Positions 38,180 through 54,275 of a stretch of 64,000 nt of DNA are shown in pieces; position 1 is the stretch's first letter; each line of letters begins with the position of its first letter. Made by a program: the position numbers and the translations under genes. A model generated the notes under the pieces. It was not told the origin of the DNA, made no database searches, and was given only the letters and a program-made list of their open reading frames with translations. This stretch comes from Eledone cirrhosa (Eukaryota): contig OZ024746.1 of NCBI GenBank assembly GCA_964016885.1, positions 65,534,001 through 65,598,000 of the forward strand. The letters are read 5' to 3'.

Positions 38180-39280
38180 TTTAGGGTGGGTAAAATTCCC
38201 GAGATCCATGGACGAGTTCTCTCCAGCGATCTCTGTCCCTCAACCTCGGTCTCCCTCTTCTAGTGGTGTGTGCGTGTAGGGGCTCCCACAGGAGCGCTAA
38301 GTGCAGTGTTAACTCTGAATGTCAGTGAGCATATCCAACTAACCTCAGTCTCTCTGTGTATATGTGAGAAACCACACCAATCATGGAGGTAGAACCACCT
38401 GACCTGCACAAGACCCAATGAAGTAATTAGACCTTTCCTCTCTCTTTTAGTCTGCCAACATAGCTATCTTAAGAGTAGGATGTTTATATGTTCGTGGCCT
38501 GACGTCGCCTTGGAAGCGAGATCACTTGTTGAACGACCTCAGGTCACTCAATATTGACGTGACTACCATCAGCGAGACCCCATTTTCGACGACTATCAGA
38601 TCTTTGCATCTCTTACTCGGTCGGGAATGGGAGGTGGAGCCGCAGTGCTATTTAGGAGAGGTCTGGATCTCGAGGTAAAATCGATCTTCCGAGACCCAGA
38701 TGGTGAGGTGGTGCCTTTAGACTGGTGGCTGTCTACGCCCCGACGGAGACTGGATGCCTGGATTTCTTTAGGCGCCTCAAATCCTTTCTGGGAACATCTC
38801 ACCGTTTACTATCAGCAGTGGGTGCGAAAGCCTCAAATATCTGATCAGCTGTTTCCATCTCTGACAAGTACCGACTAGTTTTCCGTAATGCACCAGTGTA
38901 GAGCTGGACCAAACACATAGGGTCATCAAGATCGTATATAGACAGGATTTTCATTAGGAAAATAATAGAAATAGTGTAGGCTGTCCACATTTTAAAACGG
39001 TCGCCTATTAAGGTCACAAGTTTGTGATCTGTATGGTTGACCTAGATGAAACGCTTAGGTTGGTGAATTTGCGGGGCAGAAGGGTGCCCTACCCAGGTGC
39101 CCTCGAAGCAGCGGGTAGTTCAGGATTGGTGGGGTACCTTAGTCAACCCTACGTGGGTATTCCTCCTATTGGGGGATTTTCATTGTAATTTAATTGTTAT
39201 TTATATTTTTTACACGTTTTATATGTAAATCCCCACAGTCCCTGTATATTGTATTTTCCCCTACATGTCTGCCCCGGTGG
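38180..39280 (+). mobile_element. Internally deleted L1/Tx1-type element (APE endonuclease remnant joined to 3' UTR)
   Basis: RVGCLYVRGL...LLNDLRSLNIDVTTISET (~38473-38580); GGGAAVLFRR; WTKHIGSSRSYIDRIFI (~38904-38955). The 3' UTR resembles 17090-17150. Confidence 0.7.
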
Positions 39281-39495
39281 CTTGGTAGTCTCGACAGAGC
39301 GTCAGAGACCATGCTTTGCATCATAGAGTTACGGCCCTCTATGATCTGAGTTCACATCCCGCCGAGGTTAACTTTTTCTTTCATCCTTACGAGGTCGATA
39401 AAATAAAGTACCAGTCACGCACCCGGGTCGACTTAATCGACTTTCCCCTCCACCCTACAATTGCTGGCCTTGTGCCTATATAAGAAACTATTATT
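39277..39495 (+). mobile_element. tRNA-derived SINE (long variant)
   Basis: Family consensus with the gggtcgacttaatcgactttcccc segment. Confidence 0.85.
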
Positions 39496-40408
39496 ATAAT
39501 TACCACTACTAGTAGTAGTAGTAGTAGTATTCGTAGTATTAGTAGTAGTAGCAGCAGCAGCAGTTGTAGTAGTAGTAGCAGTCGTAGTATTAGTAGTAGT
39601 AGTCTCACCCGTTCTTCCTTCCTGCTTGAATGTATTCCTTTCTTTTTTTTAACTTTGTCTTCCTTCTCGAGCATCATTTCTTTTATAATGAAATTTCACT
39701 CCATCAAACTATCTTTCCTTTTCGTTTCACGTCCAAATGATATTTCAAATTTATTGCCTCCTTAAGGCATGTGTGATCTTTTGGAGTTGGAACGACACTA
39801 CATTTTATATTTTAGTTTCTTTTTCTCTTTCATATTTTTGTCATCTATTTCTATTAATACGTTAATCATAGAATTTTATATGAATTAAATGTGAATATTT
39901 TCAACGTAAAATGATATTAAACATTATAAGCACACATTTGTGATCAAATATTTGTCTCTAACTGGTAACTTTATGTTTAATGTCAATTATTTTAATGTCG
40001 TTTACTGGAATTTATTTCTATTGCTTAACAAAGGTGACCACATTTTCAACATCTCTCACTCTGGACGTATCGCATTAATGAATATTTTTTGCGTACGGCA
40101 TTCATCCCCCCACCCTATTAATTAATAATCCATAGTCTTGCTAATGTTTAATTTCTTGTTTTTACGACATTTTAGTTTTAATTAAATGAAATATTATATC
40201 TAAGTTAATTCTAAAAATGATTTCTACATGAACATATGATTTCATCCGAATTAAACAGTTCTAGTCCTGTAGAAGGCATTGCTATATTAAATATTTATAC
40301 TCTGATATGTATTGAGTACCTTACTTACTGTGGTTACCCCCGATTGTATCCGGCATACATACACACACACATACACAGATGCACACTCATACGCACGTAT
40401 ATATATGA

Positions 40409-40458
<50 letters not shown>

Positions 40459-40460
<2 letters not shown>

Positions 40461-40663
40461 CGAAGGAATTGTAGTAAGGAACCAGATGGACCATAACGCA
40501 CCAGAGTACTCAATACTTAGGGTAATAGAGCCGGTAATAGGAAAAAGTATGACCCCGACGGCAGAGCTCAAGCCGTTTTGACGGCTATTTCTGGACTAAT
40601 TTAGTCCAGAAATAGCCGTCGAAGCGGCTTGAGCTCTGCCGTCGGGGTCATAATTTTTCCTAT
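40459..40663 (-). mobile_element. (TA)n-embedded fold-back element, copy B
   Basis: ~63-bp arms (40537-40599 / 40601-40663) centred on ctggactaa-t-ttagtccag. Confidence 0.85.
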
Positions 40664-40816
40664 ATATATATATATATATATATACCTACATCAATGGTCT
40701 GGTAACTCTGACGAAATCATCAAATGGGGATTGCATAATTAGTTAATCTATAAAAAGTATTAATAAAACAGAGAATAATGAATATATTCACTCTGGGATG
40801 TGCCGAATTATGGTTG

Positions 40817-40924
<108 letters not shown>

Positions 40925-41245
40925 TATTAATAAGAACATTAAATTTAGATTTTTATTCTGTATCGACCTGCTTCGCCCGTTTAGCAGAAGATTGCTTTAT
41001 GGTCATCCAAAGAAGTTATAGACCCGGCTTCCATTATCGATCTGCTCTTCTGTAATACCTGATAGTAAGACAAATTGGTTTTAAACAAAATAATTTGTAT
41101 ATAAACGTGAGTAATGTATGCGTTTTCATGTATGCAAGTATACATGCTTGCCTCTATGTATGTATACATGTACGCATGCAAGTATTTAAGAAACCATTTG
41201 TGTATGTATGCATATATGTATACATGATGCATGTGTATATGTGTG

Positions 41246-41991
<746 letters not shown>

Positions 41992-42039
41992 ATGTATATG
42001 TATGTATGTGTATGTATATGCACGGGGACATAGAAATAA

Positions 42040-42270
42040 TCGGGCTGGATAATCGATCGCGCGGTTAATCCACTGGGAGTGAAGGACCCCTAGCCTTTGT
42101 CAGGGCATTCTTCTAGGAGACGGCAACTCAGAAAACTGGGATAACTCCGACATAAAACCTGCGGCTCAGTAGTTACCGATGATGTTGATTTTTTCTTCTT
42201 TTCGGGTTATAGCTACTGTCACTCAGAGTGTGGGATTGGCTCAGTGCACCGTCTAACCTCACTTTAAAAA
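42040..42270 (+). mobile_element. Diverged relative of the 41349-41929 element
   Basis: Shares gacccc.tag.ctttgtca.ggca...tctaggaga.gg.aactc, gatgatgttga.tt.ttcttctttt and gtgggattggct with 41530-41680. Confidence 0.55.
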
Positions 42271-42965
42271 CAATCTTCACACACAGAGGCATTGCACGAT
42301 AGCATTAATTGATAGTTATTAATAATGGAATATCGTGGAATGGCTATACTCGATAACGAGGGGACAGCCATCATCATACATCTATGTATGTATGTATGTA
42401 TGTATGTATGTATGTATGTATGTATGTATGTATGTATGTATGTGTATGTATTTATGAATGTATATATGTATGGATATATGTACCACGATACATTAACGGA
42501 GCCATAGACCCTCGCCATTCCCTGTAAATAATGTGCTCAAAGGAGAAAAAATCCTGAGCTCTTTAAAATACAATATGTTGAAAACGTAACACACTAGAGA
42601 GAGATATACAGTGCGCTATCAATAAAACAGGATGCATTTATGAAGCGATGTATCTATGTATGGATGTGGGAGTGCGTACATTTACACACATCTGGGTGTC
42701 ATCGGCATCCATACAGATACAAAGAGTGCTTTGCATTGTTTAATTGCGTGTCGTTGGCAATATACCACCACTTAGCATTGTTTAGACTTGAAAGGATCCA
42801 GTAGGGTGTGCTACATAAATGTAATACCAAAGAGAATTTTGGGATAAATTCCAAAATTGGTTCCGTTTTGCGGACGAACTCAGACCTTTCAATGTTAACG
42901 ACTATCAAGTAACGTTATGCGTATATATATATATGTATACATATATATATATATGTGTGTATGTG

Positions 42966-43090
<125 letters not shown>

Positions 43091-43108
43091 ATATATATAT
43101 ATATATTG

Positions 43109-43321
<213 letters not shown>

Positions 43322-43968
43322 CTTTACACGTGAGTGTTACTATGCGTTATTATATTATATCTAACCTTTTCATAAAACACTTAACCATTGAAACTGTAGA
43401 GGGGGTGATTTTTTTGTAAAGATTATTGATGGCTTGAAATCTGAAACACTATTTTGTAAAGATGCCAGAATTTTCTACAGCAGATATAGTCAAACTAAAG
43501 GAAAGTAATAATTTCACTACAATTCTAGTTGTGGAGAATCTCCAGTATGCCTTTGGTGCTGATATCTAAAATTAACTAAATAAATAAAGGGCTATAAATT
43601 AAAACGGTAGCATGTAGTGTTGATTGATACATCATACATTTTATATACCAATTTCATACATACTGAAGCATGTCTCTTTTGCACTGCGGTTATGGATCTC
43701 TGAATGATTGCTTTTAAAAATTTAACAAAACACTATATAATATAATGTAATATAATATTATATAATACAATATTATATAATAATTATTTGGATTATTGTC
43801 AATTGTGCTAGATGCCAGTGTTTGATGATTGATATAGTCAGTAGGAAGACAGACAAATAGTATTGCGTTACGTCCTGTTGATTTGGTGTTTCATCCTTGT
43901 CACATATTGGGAAGTCGATATTATCAAATTTTCACTCATCTTTTGCTGAAATTATTATCGTTATTGTA

Positions 43969-44095
43969 AGTTAGCTTTACTTTTCATCCTTACGGGGTCG
44001 ATAAAATAAAGCACCAGTAATACACTGGGGTCGATTTAATCGACTTTCTCCTCCCCCGTAATTGCTGGACTTGTGCCTATAGTAGAAATCATTAC
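43969..44095 (+). mobile_element. 5'-truncated tRNA SINE (long variant)
   Basis: ttcatccttacggggtcgataaaataaag...cactggggtcgatttaatcgac...gtgcctatagtagaaa. Confidence 0.85.
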
Positions 44096-44199
44096 TTCTA
44101 TTATTATTGTTATTAAATTGATATCTCATGTTATTTAAGCGGTAAATTTACTCAAATGAACATCAAGCCACTAACTGTAGCCTCAGATATTCAGGACGT

Positions 44200-45370
44200 A
44201 TCGGAGTGTCCTCGCTGTTCCCAGTACCCCCCCCCCCCCCCAACAAAAAATAAAAAGAATCTATTCGGGATAGTACTTCTTGTTCCTATGACAATGGAGA
44301 TGATATTGATCTCATGATAATCCAAAATCCTTTTTGGTGCTACTTTAGATCCAGCTACCGTTTAACTTTCGACTTCACCTGTGCTTAAACTCTTGTGTCA
44401 AACGTGCAAACTACATTTATAAACAAGCAAGATCTTTCTTTGTCAAAAACCACCAGGTCAGGCTTATTGGGTTCTAAATCATTATCTATTTGTATTCTGA
44501 AATCCCAGAGCACTTTCTATCACGAACTCAGGCTTATGATCATAGAACTTCTCACTGTTGTAAATTGTTGTTTGCTTAAATGCCAGTGAATCTCTTTTCC
44601 TGTGGCCTCATAACTCCATCCTTTTTAATGAGTCTGGGCTAGATGATTACACTAGGATACAATGTACGCCACAGTCCCCACCCTCTCACTCTCTCTCCAC
44701 AGATCCAACAGAGTGGGCTAGCCTCCTCCTTGTCAATATGGTGTTTCATCCACTTCGTTCTAAGTGCTTGCTCCTGTGTAGCCAGTAGCATTCACTCTAA
44801 GGTCAGAAAACAGCACAGCTCCCATGAATTTCGGAAACATTTTTTCACGCTCAGAGTTGCTGAAGCATGAAACAAACTACCTGCATCAGTTATTAGCTGT
44901 TGAGACACTGCATCCTTTAAAACCGCCATGTTTCCTGAGATTTGACAACACTACACCTAATATTTCCCCTCCATACACACGCACACATGACTCATACAGT
45001 ATTCACTTCCCTGACATTTATATATTATTCTATGTACTATACATGCACCTTTGACGAGTTGTAATGCACCTGAGCACTGTACACAATAATTTCATTATTA
45101 TTTTATTATTATTCTATTTAATGTCCCTTTTCTTTAACCAGACCCATTTCTGCGGATCTCTGAATTCTGTTCTCTTTAAGAAGATGGTACAAATAACTTT
45201 ATCATTCTAGTTGTTCCTCATCTTTGTGGTTACTTCTTTCTTGGACACCCACTAGGTCTAATATACACTCCTTACTTTCAGACAGTCCTCCATGCTGATA
45301 AAACCTCTCCCGCCTTCAGATCTCTTTAAGTACAGTCTATCAACCATACCCTTCTTATGAAACATAATGT
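44200..45370 (-). pseudogene. R4/Dong-type C-terminal fragment (post-RT, Zn knuckle, RLE), interrupted by a CR1 fragment
   Basis: Minus strand: FHKKGMVDRLYLKRSEGGRGFISMEDC; WLKKRDIK; MLLATQEQALRTKWMKHHIDK...SPLCWICGE; KVLWDFRIQIDNDLEPNKPDLVVFDK...LFINV. Confidence 0.85.
44799..45112 (+). mobile_element. CR1/L2-type LINE 3' fragment nested in the R4 relic
   Basis: Matches 37233-37505, with an (ATT)n tail. Confidence 0.9.
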
Positions 45371-47271
45371 AGGTAGTGTACAATAGACACTTAGCAGACA
45401 TAAAGTAGACGCTGTTTTATTTCCTGGTAATCTATATACCAACACTATATTTTATATTTAAATTTGGTCATGGAATTGGTGAACATATTGTATTCCTTTC
45501 TTTTACGGTTGAGTGTATTTCCAAGTCCATAATTCATAAATTATTTCTCTCTACCTTTTCATTACCATCATCAATACCATAAACATCCTTATCCTCAGCT
45601 GCAGAATCTTCATGAGGGTGATGATTAGCATCATATCATGGTATTGGTACCAACGTACATATTAACAAAAGTACAAACACGTAATTTTGCTATTTATTGA
45701 TCAATATTAACACGAGTCCATGTAATATCAGGTAGAATTAATGTTAAATTATATAATAGAAATACTATTAATTAAATATAAAATATATTAAATTCTGGAG
45801 AAAAAGACTTAGTTATTCGAAATAAGATTCAAATCGTTAAAAATGAAAGCATAAAATATAGCACGAAATATATTAACGAAGTAACATTTAGAAGAAAACA
45901 ATATTGCATTTCCTATACTAACATAGCAGAAATAATTGAAGAAAATGTTTTATTTTATAACTATTTCATTCGTAGAAACAATGCTACAATATGCGTTGAA
46001 ACGAAGTTTATTCAGAATGTTTGCAACGTATCCTAGGCAGAAAGGTGAAGGTGTGGATGAAGTTAACATTCATTTTTATATCCCTATATTTCAAACCTTG
46101 CCAGAGTGCTAATAACAGTTATATCTGTTAAAAGTAAAAAAGTGAGTCTGAAGCCTAGCGGCAGATTACCTGTAGTGCATATGAATATCAAAGGGGCCTC
46201 CTGCAAAATTTCGCCGACAAAATTTGGAGTAAGCTGAGGCTAAGGTAGTAGTGACTTACCGAAGAAGCAACGCAGTGAACAGAAACTGCAAGTGACTGCA
46301 AAACGACCTTCTTAATTAGAAGTAACTGCCCCCATATTTAAAAGAAATGCCAGTACATGCCAACAAATAAATGTATACATAGATTCCAGACATGTTAGAA
46401 ATGGTAGCAAAATCTCGCTCAAATCCAAGACTATCTTTTAGATAGAACTGGTGGGATGGTCGTGACTGGAATGTAATGGATTTAAGCAAACCTGACTTGA
46501 GACGAAACGATAACAACTATGATACGAACAAACGAGAAAGCCTCAATACGAAGTACTTATCAAAATGAAGTCCTGCTAATAGCCGGATTTTCTGTGTTAC
46601 ACAGAGGTGGGCAGTGCGACAGTATTTGATATTGTCCGTAAGAAAAGGTCTATTGGGTGTTTAGGCGGGAGAATGCTATAATAAGCAGCAGCTTGCTCAG
46701 CCTACCAAACGCTACACAACCGGTCAAGTGACGGTGGCAGGAGTAAAATTATAGTGGCGAATTTATCGCGATTTGATACCAGAGGCAGAGAACCCCACGT
46801 AAATATTCGATCTTGCCTCCAATATAACTGCCCAGCGGTAGTAATGACACATGCGTTGATAATTCGACATGGAGTATATCATATGTATATATAATGAGGG
46901 GAGAGGGGGGGGGGATGATAGAGTTGGAGAAGTTGTATATTAGATATACAGAGGCGAAGAGATTGATATATTGGAAGAGAGTTCTGTATAGTAGATATAG
47001 AGAAGGGGAGAATTTGGTGTTTATTGATGTAGAGTAGATGGAGAGAGTGTGAGAATTTAGTGGTTGTAGATTCAAAGAGAGGGATAATTGGAGAGGGTGA
47101 GAGTTTAGGAAATATTGATATACAGAGGGGGATTGGGAGAGATAAGTGTAGATAATGAGAGAGAGGGACAGAGTGTATTAGTCATAGATATAGAGAGTGG
47201 GATAAAAAGTGTGATGTGGTAGAATTTGATTTTAGTATATACAGAGAGGAGGGTTAAAAGAGAGTTTGGTG

Positions 47272-47582
47272 ACACTCTCGGGTCCCAAATAATAGGAGGG
47301 GTGGCAATAATGGGGCGGGGTATTGGGTAATCAGTAATTGTATAGAGTACGTTCATAAATGTGGGATTTCTTGTAATGTTCTTTTGTCGTATATAATGTT
47401 TTTTAAATGTAAAATAAAATTAATATTAAATTCTCCTGCAGCGATATTAATATAAATGATTTACAATAACATTTTGCGGGAGATAGATTAGCAAACTTTA
47501 ATAAGCGAGTGGGGATGGGGTTTGAGTAAAAACGTGGGTGGGTGGGAAATCTGACAAGTTAATAAACGGGGGCGTGAGAGTA
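47272..47582. mobile_element. Possible Tc1/mariner-type MITE relic
   Basis: Termini actctcgggtcccaaataat... and ...gagagta. Weak. Confidence 0.3.
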
Positions 47583-47802
47583 CCTGAATTATTGACAGAC
47601 GTCAGAATTAAAACTCAATATGAGGTAGAGATTAATTATTCATTTATTACGTCTAAGACTTGTTAATCTGGAGTCTCACCTGCGTACTTACCAGACAAGA
47701 CTGTTGACGTTGTGTTTGCGCGGGTGAAACTTTAGAGTAACGACGCTCAGCAATAGCCAAAATGGATGAATATATATATACATATATATATCTATCTATA
47801 TA

Positions 47803-48021
<219 letters not shown>

Positions 48022-48070
48022 TTATAAATATGTATATATATATTCATGGATGAATATACATATACATATA

Positions 48071-48108
<38 letters not shown>

Positions 48109-48109
48109 T

Positions 48110-48148
<39 letters not shown>

Positions 48149-48214
48149 GGTGATGTATATATTAACCTCTTAGGAAAGGTCACCGCGCATAATTTTGTTT
48201 TAAATTCATACATA

Positions 48215-48443
48215 CAGTGGCGGAGGAATTTGAGGAGGGGGCATGCCACCTCCAATAATTATATTTTCTCTCCAAATTACCAAAACACACATCGATTTGG
48301 ATAAATGCTACAATTTATGTAAATGTGTTTATCGCATATTGAAGTTTTCCGACCATTTTAGAGTGCAAAGAGCTAAACTAATCACTATAACTAAATTTTC
48401 CAAATTCCCCTCCCCCGATTCAGACATGCTTCCACCGCCCTTG
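48215..48443 (+). mobile_element. MITE-like element (copy 2)
   Basis: Imperfect TIRs cagtggcggaggaa / ttccaccgcccttg. Aligns with 13925-14152. Confidence 0.65.
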
Positions 48444-48501
48444 CTAATAATACACCTGAAACCAAATTTGGCTGAGGGATAAATGCAGACAGAAAGACAA
48501 T

Positions 48502-48952
48502 TCAAATTCTCATTTTGTATTCCTTTCTCTCGGCAAAGTTTGTAACCAATTCAGGTAAACCATGTGATGAATCATGAGCATGTTCAATTGTCAAGCGTAC
48601 TAGTCTCTCTTGCAAAATTGTAGAGTGAATGTAATATATTATGAGTTCGAGTTTTGAGAAACTACTCTCACCACTTGCCACTGATACTGGAAATGTGAGA
48701 AGGATCCTCAATGTAATAACAACATTAGAGAAATTATCCAAAAGGGTCTGTTGGAAAAACACTAGTGACCTATAAAAACACGCAAGCGTAACTGCGTCCT
48801 GACAGTTTTGTATACGCGGGAATTTCACTCACTCATTTTGCTTGTTCTGGTCAAACTGAATCTATCCGATTATTTATCGCTGTATGAGATATAGCGGGTT
48901 AAAAAACGACCCTGGTGGCTACCAATTTGCCTATATGGAAGCGCCGGCCCTG
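48502..48952 (-). mobile_element. Internally deleted hAT transposon (one terminus plus C-terminal dimerisation domain)
   Basis: FSNVVITLRILLTFPVSVASGESSFSKLELI...STILQERL matches the hAT dimerisation motif. The minus-strand start CAGGGCCGGC at 48952 is a typical hAT-like terminus. Confidence 0.8.
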
Positions 48953-49577
48953 GATTTCTATTCTCCCCAAGATATCGAATCAAAATGAGAAATCATTTTA
49001 ATTATACAGTAGTGAGAGAAACGAAACCTATCAATTGTGTTTATGTTGTTAAGGAAATCCAGATGAAAGTAATCTTATCACTGTCAAGACAAAAGTTCAG
49101 TAAAGACGATAGCGATTGATAAAATAATTTATGAGTGTTACATCCGGAATCTCTGATCGGTTACAAATATTACCAAATAAATAAATGATAGGTCATTTTA
49201 TTATTTTCAGTAGGGTTGCAGTTAATTTTCAATTCCAAAATATTGTTTAAAAGATAATCTATATACTACTACAAATAACCATGCACACAGACACACACAC
49301 ACAACAGAAACACACACAAACACAGACACACATACACACACACACTCACACACACACACACTCACAAATTATATGTATATATATTTTTTCTCTCTCTCCT
49401 TTTTTCCTTCCCAATAATTTATAAAGGTTATTGACGCACTGGGATAGACATATTGTCTTTAATGCGTTGAAATATCAGAGACCACCAGCAAACAACTGAA
49501 GAGGGGACCTCTTCCTTATTTGTGCTTTCGTTTTATTTCTAAATACACTTTATCAAGTAACCACACAGCCCTTTGTC

Positions 49578-49711
<134 letters not shown>

Positions 49712-49713
49712 CT

Positions 49714-49785
<72 letters not shown>

Positions 49786-50382
49786 GGAGATAAAGCAATA
49801 AATGAGTAAATCAGTAACCTGAATCTTCATTAATTGAAAGGTTCGTGTAACTACGAACTTTTGCCAAATTTATCTTTTCAAAATCTCTGTTAGAATAGAT
49901 AATAGTCATATATACACAACTTAGTGAAATCGTGGTTGGCGTAAATAGTTGTAATAATTAGGTGCAGTAAACGTATCTATATAGTATAATACAAATAGTT
50001 TAGAAACGACCGAAGTGAATTTGTGTTTAATATATCAGGAAAAGTTACTAGATACTCTAGTACATAAATAAAAATATATCAGGAAAGTGGGGAGAAATGA
50101 GATAAGAAACTTTACGTTGAGTGAAAAATGAGACTGCTGTTTATAGTCGAAGAGTAATCTGTTGGCAATTTGAAGAATTACCCTAGCCGATTATAATTTA
50201 TGGATACTGAATTGGAAAATTACAGTATTGCTTAGAAGTGAATATTATTGGCAAGATGTCTTATTACAATGCGGGTGCTGAACGACTTTAACATAATGTT
50301 CATAATTTAAAACTGTTTTTCAAGTAGTTTAGTTTTATTTGAAGGAAATTCAAATAATTATTAAGTTGGTGGAATAATAATA

Positions 50383-50680
50383 GAGGTTAACTTTGCCTTT
50401 TCTCCTTACGAGGTCGATAAAATAAAGTACCAGTAATGCACTGGGATAATTGTCGGCCTTGTGCCAAAAGTAAAAATAATTATTAAGTTGGTGGATTGGC
50501 AGTATCGGTAGAAGGTCAGACGCCATGTTTGCAGCAAAGAGTTACGGCCCTTTATGGTCTGAGTTCAAATCCCGCCGAGTTTAACTCTGCCTTTCATCCT
50601 TACGGGGTATATAAAATAAATTACCAGTAATACACTGGGATAATTGCTGGCCTTGTGCCAAAAGTAGAAACAATTATTTA
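50383..50680 (+). mobile_element. Tandem tRNA SINEs (partial 50383-50483 and full 50487-50680)
   Basis: Family consensus. The flank aataattattaagttggtgga recurs at ~50353 and ~50476. Confidence 0.85.
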
Positions 50681-51066
50681 GTTAAAAAGAAAGAAGTTTG
50701 GTATTTCTAAAGACATATACAAACAAGTACAACCAAGCAGATGTAACTACACAGTGTTGCAAGTAGGTAGTGGGATTAGAGGATTACATTAATTTGTATG
50801 GCGAGTTAAGTTCAGGTTTATTGGCATGACAGAGGTAGAGGAATTCTGATGTAATGTCTGAAACTGGGAAGAAGAGAAATTTTGGCGGAGACATTGAGTG
50901 AGGGCTTGGGTGGTGGATAGAGACAAATATATAAAGTAAATGATTAGAGATCTCATAGATAGTGGATGTGTAATTGAGAGAAAGAAAAATTTGACATATA
51001 AGAAAAATATTACTGAATTAATATACCAATATCTATTTAACTATTTACTTCTCTTGCTCCTTCTTC

Positions 51067-51110
<44 letters not shown>

Positions 51111-51599
51111 ATATATATATATGTAGGAGGTGAGTTTTATTGTATGTTGATATGTTAATTTAAAACTGCACTATCCACAAGTGTTTTTTAGCCTTCATAT
51201 CATGTTCTCCTGTTTTATCTGATGAAAACACAAATATTATTGCATGATGATGTTTGTTTTTGAAATGCGCATAATAAAATACATGAAACTCCTTTAACCA
51301 TCTTTTGATCTTATATTATATATATATATATATATATACATGCATGTGTGTGTGTGTGTGTATGTATATGTATATTGGTTTCCACATGTTTGAGTTTTTT
51401 GACGGTCTGATAGATCAGGGAATTTCGGACTAGAAGCAGTATCAACATAACCACAACTGCCAGTCCATATATCGATCTACCATGATGAAAAGACCCACTA
51501 AAACGACCGTATATCAATGCACTAATTTACAACCAATCTACGACTTTTATTTTATTTTCATTGTCGAACACACACACACACCACTCACACAAACTCACA

Positions 51600-51631
<32 letters not shown>

Positions 51632-51933
51632 TACACACATACACATATATATATATATGTAACGAATTAAAAGGGACAATGTGCTGCGTGGGTTACTAAT
51701 AATAAGTGTTTAAAAATGTAAGAGAAATACAAACATAAGTCAATTTCCCACCTCTTAAGTTGTCTGCTGTGGGTCTCGTTGTGCCAAAACACACACACGC
51801 GCACACACACACATATATATATAGTAATAATAATATATGTGAAGACTAAAACCCAAAGAGGGCTCGATAAGCATAAATATATATCAAATATATAAGAACC
51901 ATAGAGCAAATATTTATTAAAATAACAGATTAA

Positions 51934-51972
<39 letters not shown>

Positions 51973-51974
<2 letters not shown>

Positions 51975-52143
51975 CGAAGGAAATGTGGTAAGGAACCAGG
52001 TGGACCGTAACGCACCAAAGTACTCAATACTTAGGGTAGTAGAGTGGGTAATAGGAACGAGTAGGACCCCGACGGCTGAGCTCAAGCCGTTTCGACGGCT
52101 AATTCTGGACTGAGTCCAGAATTAGCCGTTGAAACTACTCGTT

Positions 52144-52148
<5 letters not shown>
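51973..52148 (-). mobile_element. (TA)n-embedded fold-back element, copy D
   Basis: Same body as copies A and B. Fold-back centred on ctggact-g-agtccag, with an internally deleted arm. Confidence 0.85.
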
Positions 52149-52177
<29 letters not shown>

Positions 52178-52234
52178 TATCTATAAATCTATTTCTCTCT
52201 ATCTATCTATCTATCTATCTATATATCTATATAT

Positions 52235-52331
<97 letters not shown>

Positions 52332-54175
52332 CATATGTGTGTCTCTGTGTGTGTAAGTGTGTATGTGTATCTGATAAAAGCCGATAAGCAAAATAAGACT
52401 ACAAACGAAAGAAATTAAGCGAAAAGATAGAGTAATAAGTTATAAGTTATCATATAGGGAATTAATCATATCAATTAATCCTTCTGAATCAATAATGAAT
52501 ATATGTTTTCTTATAAACGTCTAATTCCTTTTAAGTGTAAGACAATTTTTCACGGGAAAATAACATATTTTCTATATCTAATCCTTTAAAACATAAATCA
52601 AATCCTTTTAAACATAAATCTATCAACTAAATCATTGCGATTCTGCCTGAATATTTCACAGGTACATAAAATTTCATCTAATCGCATTAATATATTACCT
52701 TATCAGTATAAACTCAATATAGTTTGTGTTTTGCTATGAGATTGGAATAATTGTGATGCATCATCACTACTTTGTTACTATGGCAAATGATTGGCAACAT
52801 CTTGTTTAGAATGTTTTCTATAGGTGAATACCCATGAGGACATTTCTTACGTCAATGCTAATTTCCCTCCTTGAAATGTTTGGTAGTGTCTAATGACTAA
52901 TTAGATACTTGAAGAATTGCATTTTTTAGCGAAAATATATAGTCTATATGTATTACATTTTAAGTATAATAGTTTTATGCCTAGAATATAGTTATTTATC
53001 AATTATTAATCTTCATTGTGCATATATTTCGATGCGTTGGAAATCGTTTTTATGAAAAATAATATTTTAATAAGATAAGCATTCTTTTAACCAACAATAA
53101 CTAAAATATATTGTCATGTTTTTTTTTATATCAAATATAGCGCAGCTACAACTCTCTTAATCGAACGACTTATTATCTAAAGAAATAATTATTTGAATTG
53201 ACAAATATTCTAGATAATGAAGATTAAAGGATGAAATTACTTTAGTTGTGGAAGTTTCAAACCGATAATACATGTAAATGATTAGATATGTTTGATACAT
53301 TCCAAACAGGCTGGGAGAATTATATTGCTTGAATACACTTTCATAGGAATGTTTGCATTATATACAAGTTTTACCATGTTGTGCTTATAATACTGAAGAC
53401 AAACGTATTGCTTTGAAGTTTATACCGGTAAAAATGTTACCTGCATATCTGCAAGTCAATCTATATTAAATAGTCATTCTGTCTCCTAGATCTGAGAAGT
53501 AATGGCTCTAGTTTAAGAATATTGAAGCAAATAAAATAAACTTTCTTACGAAGCTCTAATTGAAAGAATACAAAATAACATATCAAAATAAAAATCTGTT
53601 ACATAATACTAGTACTTAAACCTGATGCACCCCGACAAACATGCCAAACATATTTATCGGTGTTCACAAAACTATGTTTATTTTGCGTTCATTGTTGCAA
53701 ATGTGTGGGAGGATTTATCACTTTTTCATTAATATTAAATCATATCTTTTGTTAGCAAAAACATACACACGATATAGTTACAATTTATTGTCTTTTAATA
53801 TGTGACTGTGTATGTAGTTATATAGATACGTGCTGAAATATGCACACATTTATCATCCATTCATTGATACATAGATATTTACAATGTTATATCTGGATAC
53901 ATGCCTACAAATTAGATATATGTATACATTTACACGTTGGCGCAGCCTTGGTTACACACTATGTACTTATGCCGTTATATGTTTATCATATACTTCGGCT
54001 GCTAGCGCATCTCTTACTATATAAATATATATATGCACACGTATACTTACACGCAAACACATGCATACACATACACATACACACGCACACACACTCGCAC
54101 ACACTTACACACACACACGCACACACACATATATACAAACATACATACACACACACACACGCACACACACACACA

Positions 54176-54275
<100 letters not shown>

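Noticed and set aside
50487-50580. tRNA genes
   Set aside because: The A/B boxes belong to SINE heads; no complete cloverleaf.
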